This document shows positions 62,325 through 64,000 of a stretch of DNA of 64,000 nucleotides, one piece after another (positions within the stretch are counted from its first letter, which is position 1; the number at the start of each line of letters is the position of its first letter). The DNA is taken from positions 29,382 to 93,381 of the forward strand of contig SVBJ01000004.1 in the NCBI GenBank assembly GCA_015058955.1. The letters are read 5' to 3'. The position numbers and the translations under genes were made by a program. Under the pieces are notes generated by a model. The model was not told where the DNA came from. It saw only the letters and a program-made list of their open reading frames with translations, and made no database searches. The DNA comes from Erysipelotrichaceae bacterium (lineage in GTDB: Bacteria > Bacillota_I > Bacilli_A > Erysipelotrichales > Erysipelotrichaceae).

Positions 62325-62867
62325 CTACTTTGTTGAATACTTTACGTTTGGATTTGCAACATTGAAGCCAATGCTGGCAAAGATGTTCCTGTAGTCATCA
62401 AGTTCAAAGTTATCGGATGTTGACAGTATTTCATAGTCCACGCCATAGGCTGTTACGATGTAGTTGGTGGACCTGAAGCCATTGCGGATGTAGAAACGTT
62501 CCCTGGCCAGGCGCTGTTCGTAATTTTCACTGTCAGGGTTGACAGGTTCCTCATCGATCAGCAGACTGTAATCCGGATATAAGCTTCTGATGTTATCAAG
62601 GATCATTGATCCGTAGTTCTGACCTCTCTTGGCCGGAACGACGGCTAAAAATGAAACATAGGCAACCTTGTTATGGGTGATCAGCAGGTAAAAGGCGATG
62701 AATTCATCATCATCGTAAACACTGCAGAGATCAGCATTGTCCTGATTGTTGATTTCCAGCATCAGATCAAAAGGCATCCTTTCAACAGGAGGGAAGGCCT
62801 CTTCGTATAATTCCATTACCTGCTGCTTATCAGCAGATTCGTTGGTGACTTTCTTGATTTTCAGCAT
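62325..62867 (-). CDS. GNAT family N-acetyltransferase
   Basis: FLAVVPAKRGQNYGSMILDNI (acetyl-CoA-binding R/Q-x-x-G-x-G/A-like) and RNGF. Start set at MLKIKK. Confidence 0.78.
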   Translation of the reverse strand: MLKIKKVTNESADKQQVMELYEEAFPPVERMPFDLMLEINNQDNADLCSVYDDDEFIAFYLLITHNKVAYVSFLAVVPAKRGQNYGSMILDNIRSLYPDYSLLIDEEPVNPDSENYEQRLARERFYIRNGFRSTNYIVTAYGVDYEILSTSDNFELDDYRNIFASIGFNVANPNVKYSTK

Positions 62868-62953
62868 ATTTTTCACATCCTTATAGATATTATAAATCAT
62901 AATATGTTGATAGGTGATATAATAATTAGTAGTTTTTGTAAGGAGATGAGGGA

Positions 62954-63637
62954 ATGCTGAATAATATTTTTCTTTCGATCGGCTGGATAGTTGTAATGGT
63001 GATTGCGTTATGCGAGCTCATTCTGTTTTTCTGGCTCCTGAAAAGATATCTGTATTCCAAAAAACTGATTTGTGTGGACATGGTCGTTCTGACCCTTGGG
63101 CTTTTCTTCTATACTGCAGTTCTGAGTGTCGGGCGTTTCGTGGAAACAGGGCCGCTGTTACGGATGCTGTCAAAAGTCAGTGTGATTGTCAGGGCTCTGG
63201 TGTTACCGCTGATCCTGGTGATCTGTGCCTATGCCCTGGACCTCAGTGATTCGCTGAAGAGAACATTCTGGATCATCACCATAATATTCATGATAGTTGG
63301 TGTGACAGCAGCTGTGCTGACAAAACTGGAACCTGCCAAGGTAACGGGAGTCGTCTTCTACAGACCTGTCCGGGAAACCGCGAAATGGCTTAACATGATC
63401 AATACCTATCTGCCTCTGGGAATTCTGGCCATCGGTGCCATCTGTGCCCTGGTCATGATCTTCAAGGTAAGAAGCGGATGGTTCTTCTTAGGAATAGGAG
63501 GAAACCTGGGACTGCGTGTGGCAGGAATGATTTACGGTTTTGAAAATCAGATGATTCTGATTGGTCTGTTTGGAGAAGTATTAATGATTCTTTGTTTCTG
63601 GCTTTATTCCAGGAAACTGAAGAAGTCTTATTTATAG
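62954..63637 (+). CDS. Polytopic membrane protein, unknown function
   Basis: 227 aa with about 6 hydrophobic segments. Confidence 0.55.
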   Translation: MLNNIFLSIGWIVVMVIALCELILFFWLLKRYLYSKKLICVDMVVLTLGLFFYTAVLSVGRFVETGPLLRMLSKVSVIVRALVLPLILVICAYALDLSDSLKRTFWIITIIFMIVGVTAAVLTKLEPAKVTGVVFYRPVRETAKWLNMINTYLPLGILAIGAICALVMIFKVRSGWFFLGIGGNLGLRVAGMIYGFENQMILIGLFGEVLMILCFWLYSRKLKKSYL

Positions 63638-63644
63638 GGGTATT

Positions 63645-64000
63645 ATGAAAAAAACAAGGATTTTAGCGATAATTGCCATCGTGCTGGCCATACTGACCGG
63701 ATATTTGGCAACGATCGTGTTTGATTTATACACCATCAGGTTTGACATGAGGGGACAGCGGGAAGTCATCCGGGAGTATGGGGAACCGTACGAAGACCCT
63801 GAGGTAAAAGCCTATGCTCATCCTATGCTGATGCCTTTCCTCAGAAAGGAAATCTATGTAGACCGCTTTTTTCACGTTGATGTCAACAAGATGGGTGAGC
63901 AGGAAGTTGAATATCATGCCAAAACCGCCAAAAGAGAGGGAAAGGCTACCCGTAAGGTCATTGTCGAAGACCATACACCACCTGAGATAACTCTGGTGGC
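63645..64000 (+). CDS. Membrane-anchored protein, 3' end beyond the window (not in the supplied ORF track)
   Basis: I translated from the ATG at 63645: MKKTRILAIIAIVLAILTGYLATIVF…VIVEDHTPPEITLV. There is no stop up to nt 64000. N-terminal TM. DxTPPxITL is reminiscent of the start of Ig-like (DUF5011-type) domains. Confidence 0.5.
   Translation, partial: MKKTRILAIIAIVLAILTGYLATIVFDLYTIRFDMRGQREVIREYGEPYEDPEVKAYAHPMLMPFLRKEIYVDRFFHVDVNKMGEQEVEYHAKTAKREGKATRKVIVEDHTPPEITLV

Overview
This is a 64-kb chromosomal window from a low- to moderate-GC Gram-positive bacterium (Bacillota). The order tatD-rnmV-rsmA-ispE-glmU-prs is the classic Firmicute arrangement. The exact taxon cannot be assigned without a database search. 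Coding is dense (about 60 CDS). I saw no rRNA, tRNA or CRISPR array.

Layout:
- (1) 1-3.4 kb: a 5'-truncated GH1 glycosidase, a GNAT, a sugar-isomerase-like gene and a hyper-acidic small protein.
- (2) 3.6-17.3 kb: one co-directional peptide-scavenging block, oppBCDFA followed by S9, M20 (PepD-like), guanylate kinase, M29, M24 and C69 peptidase genes.
- (3) 17.3-18.65 kb: an apparently intact IS3-family element with TG..CA inverted repeats, a 3-bp GTT duplication and an A7 slippery site. It has split the intrinsic terminator of the peptidase block.
- (4) An Fe-S aldo/keto reductase and an orphan BglG/LicT antiterminator.
- (5) 21-25.5 kb, accessory-looking: membrane and secreted hypotheticals plus MscS, a degenerate Fic-like protein, and an ECF sigma factor fused to a ~250-aa C-terminal domain.
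- (6) A flavin reductase - DNPH1-like - TIGR04076 - PHP phosphatase operon, then SRAP and mnmE.
- (7) Housekeeping genes tatD through prs, including a C-terminally short GlmU.
- (8) An envelope cluster on the minus strand: a PBP5-type carboxypeptidase, two paralogous small membrane proteins, and an OatA-like acyltransferase carrying a second, degenerate SGNH module.
- (9) 41.9-49.3 kb, the most unusual locus: an overlapping four-gene operon (ECF sigma, 2-TM anti-sigma-like protein, polytopic membrane protein, PrsW-family protease). After a terminator comes a paralogue of the anti-sigma-like protein, translationally coupled to a 1597-aa surface protein. That protein has an FG-GAP head, an Fn3 domain, tail-fibre-like repeats and a collagen-like segment, and is tail-anchored.
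- (10) A compact addBA, an Ldh2-family dehydrogenase and malic enzyme.
- (11) A membrane-tethered XRE regulator, a consensus promoter overlapped by GAAAAC-N4-GTTTTC palindromes, an unknown 278-aa protein, and a MORN-repeat protein with two tandem CbxX/SpoVK-type AAA+ modules.

All functional calls rest on motif recognition by eye. No searches or computations were run.
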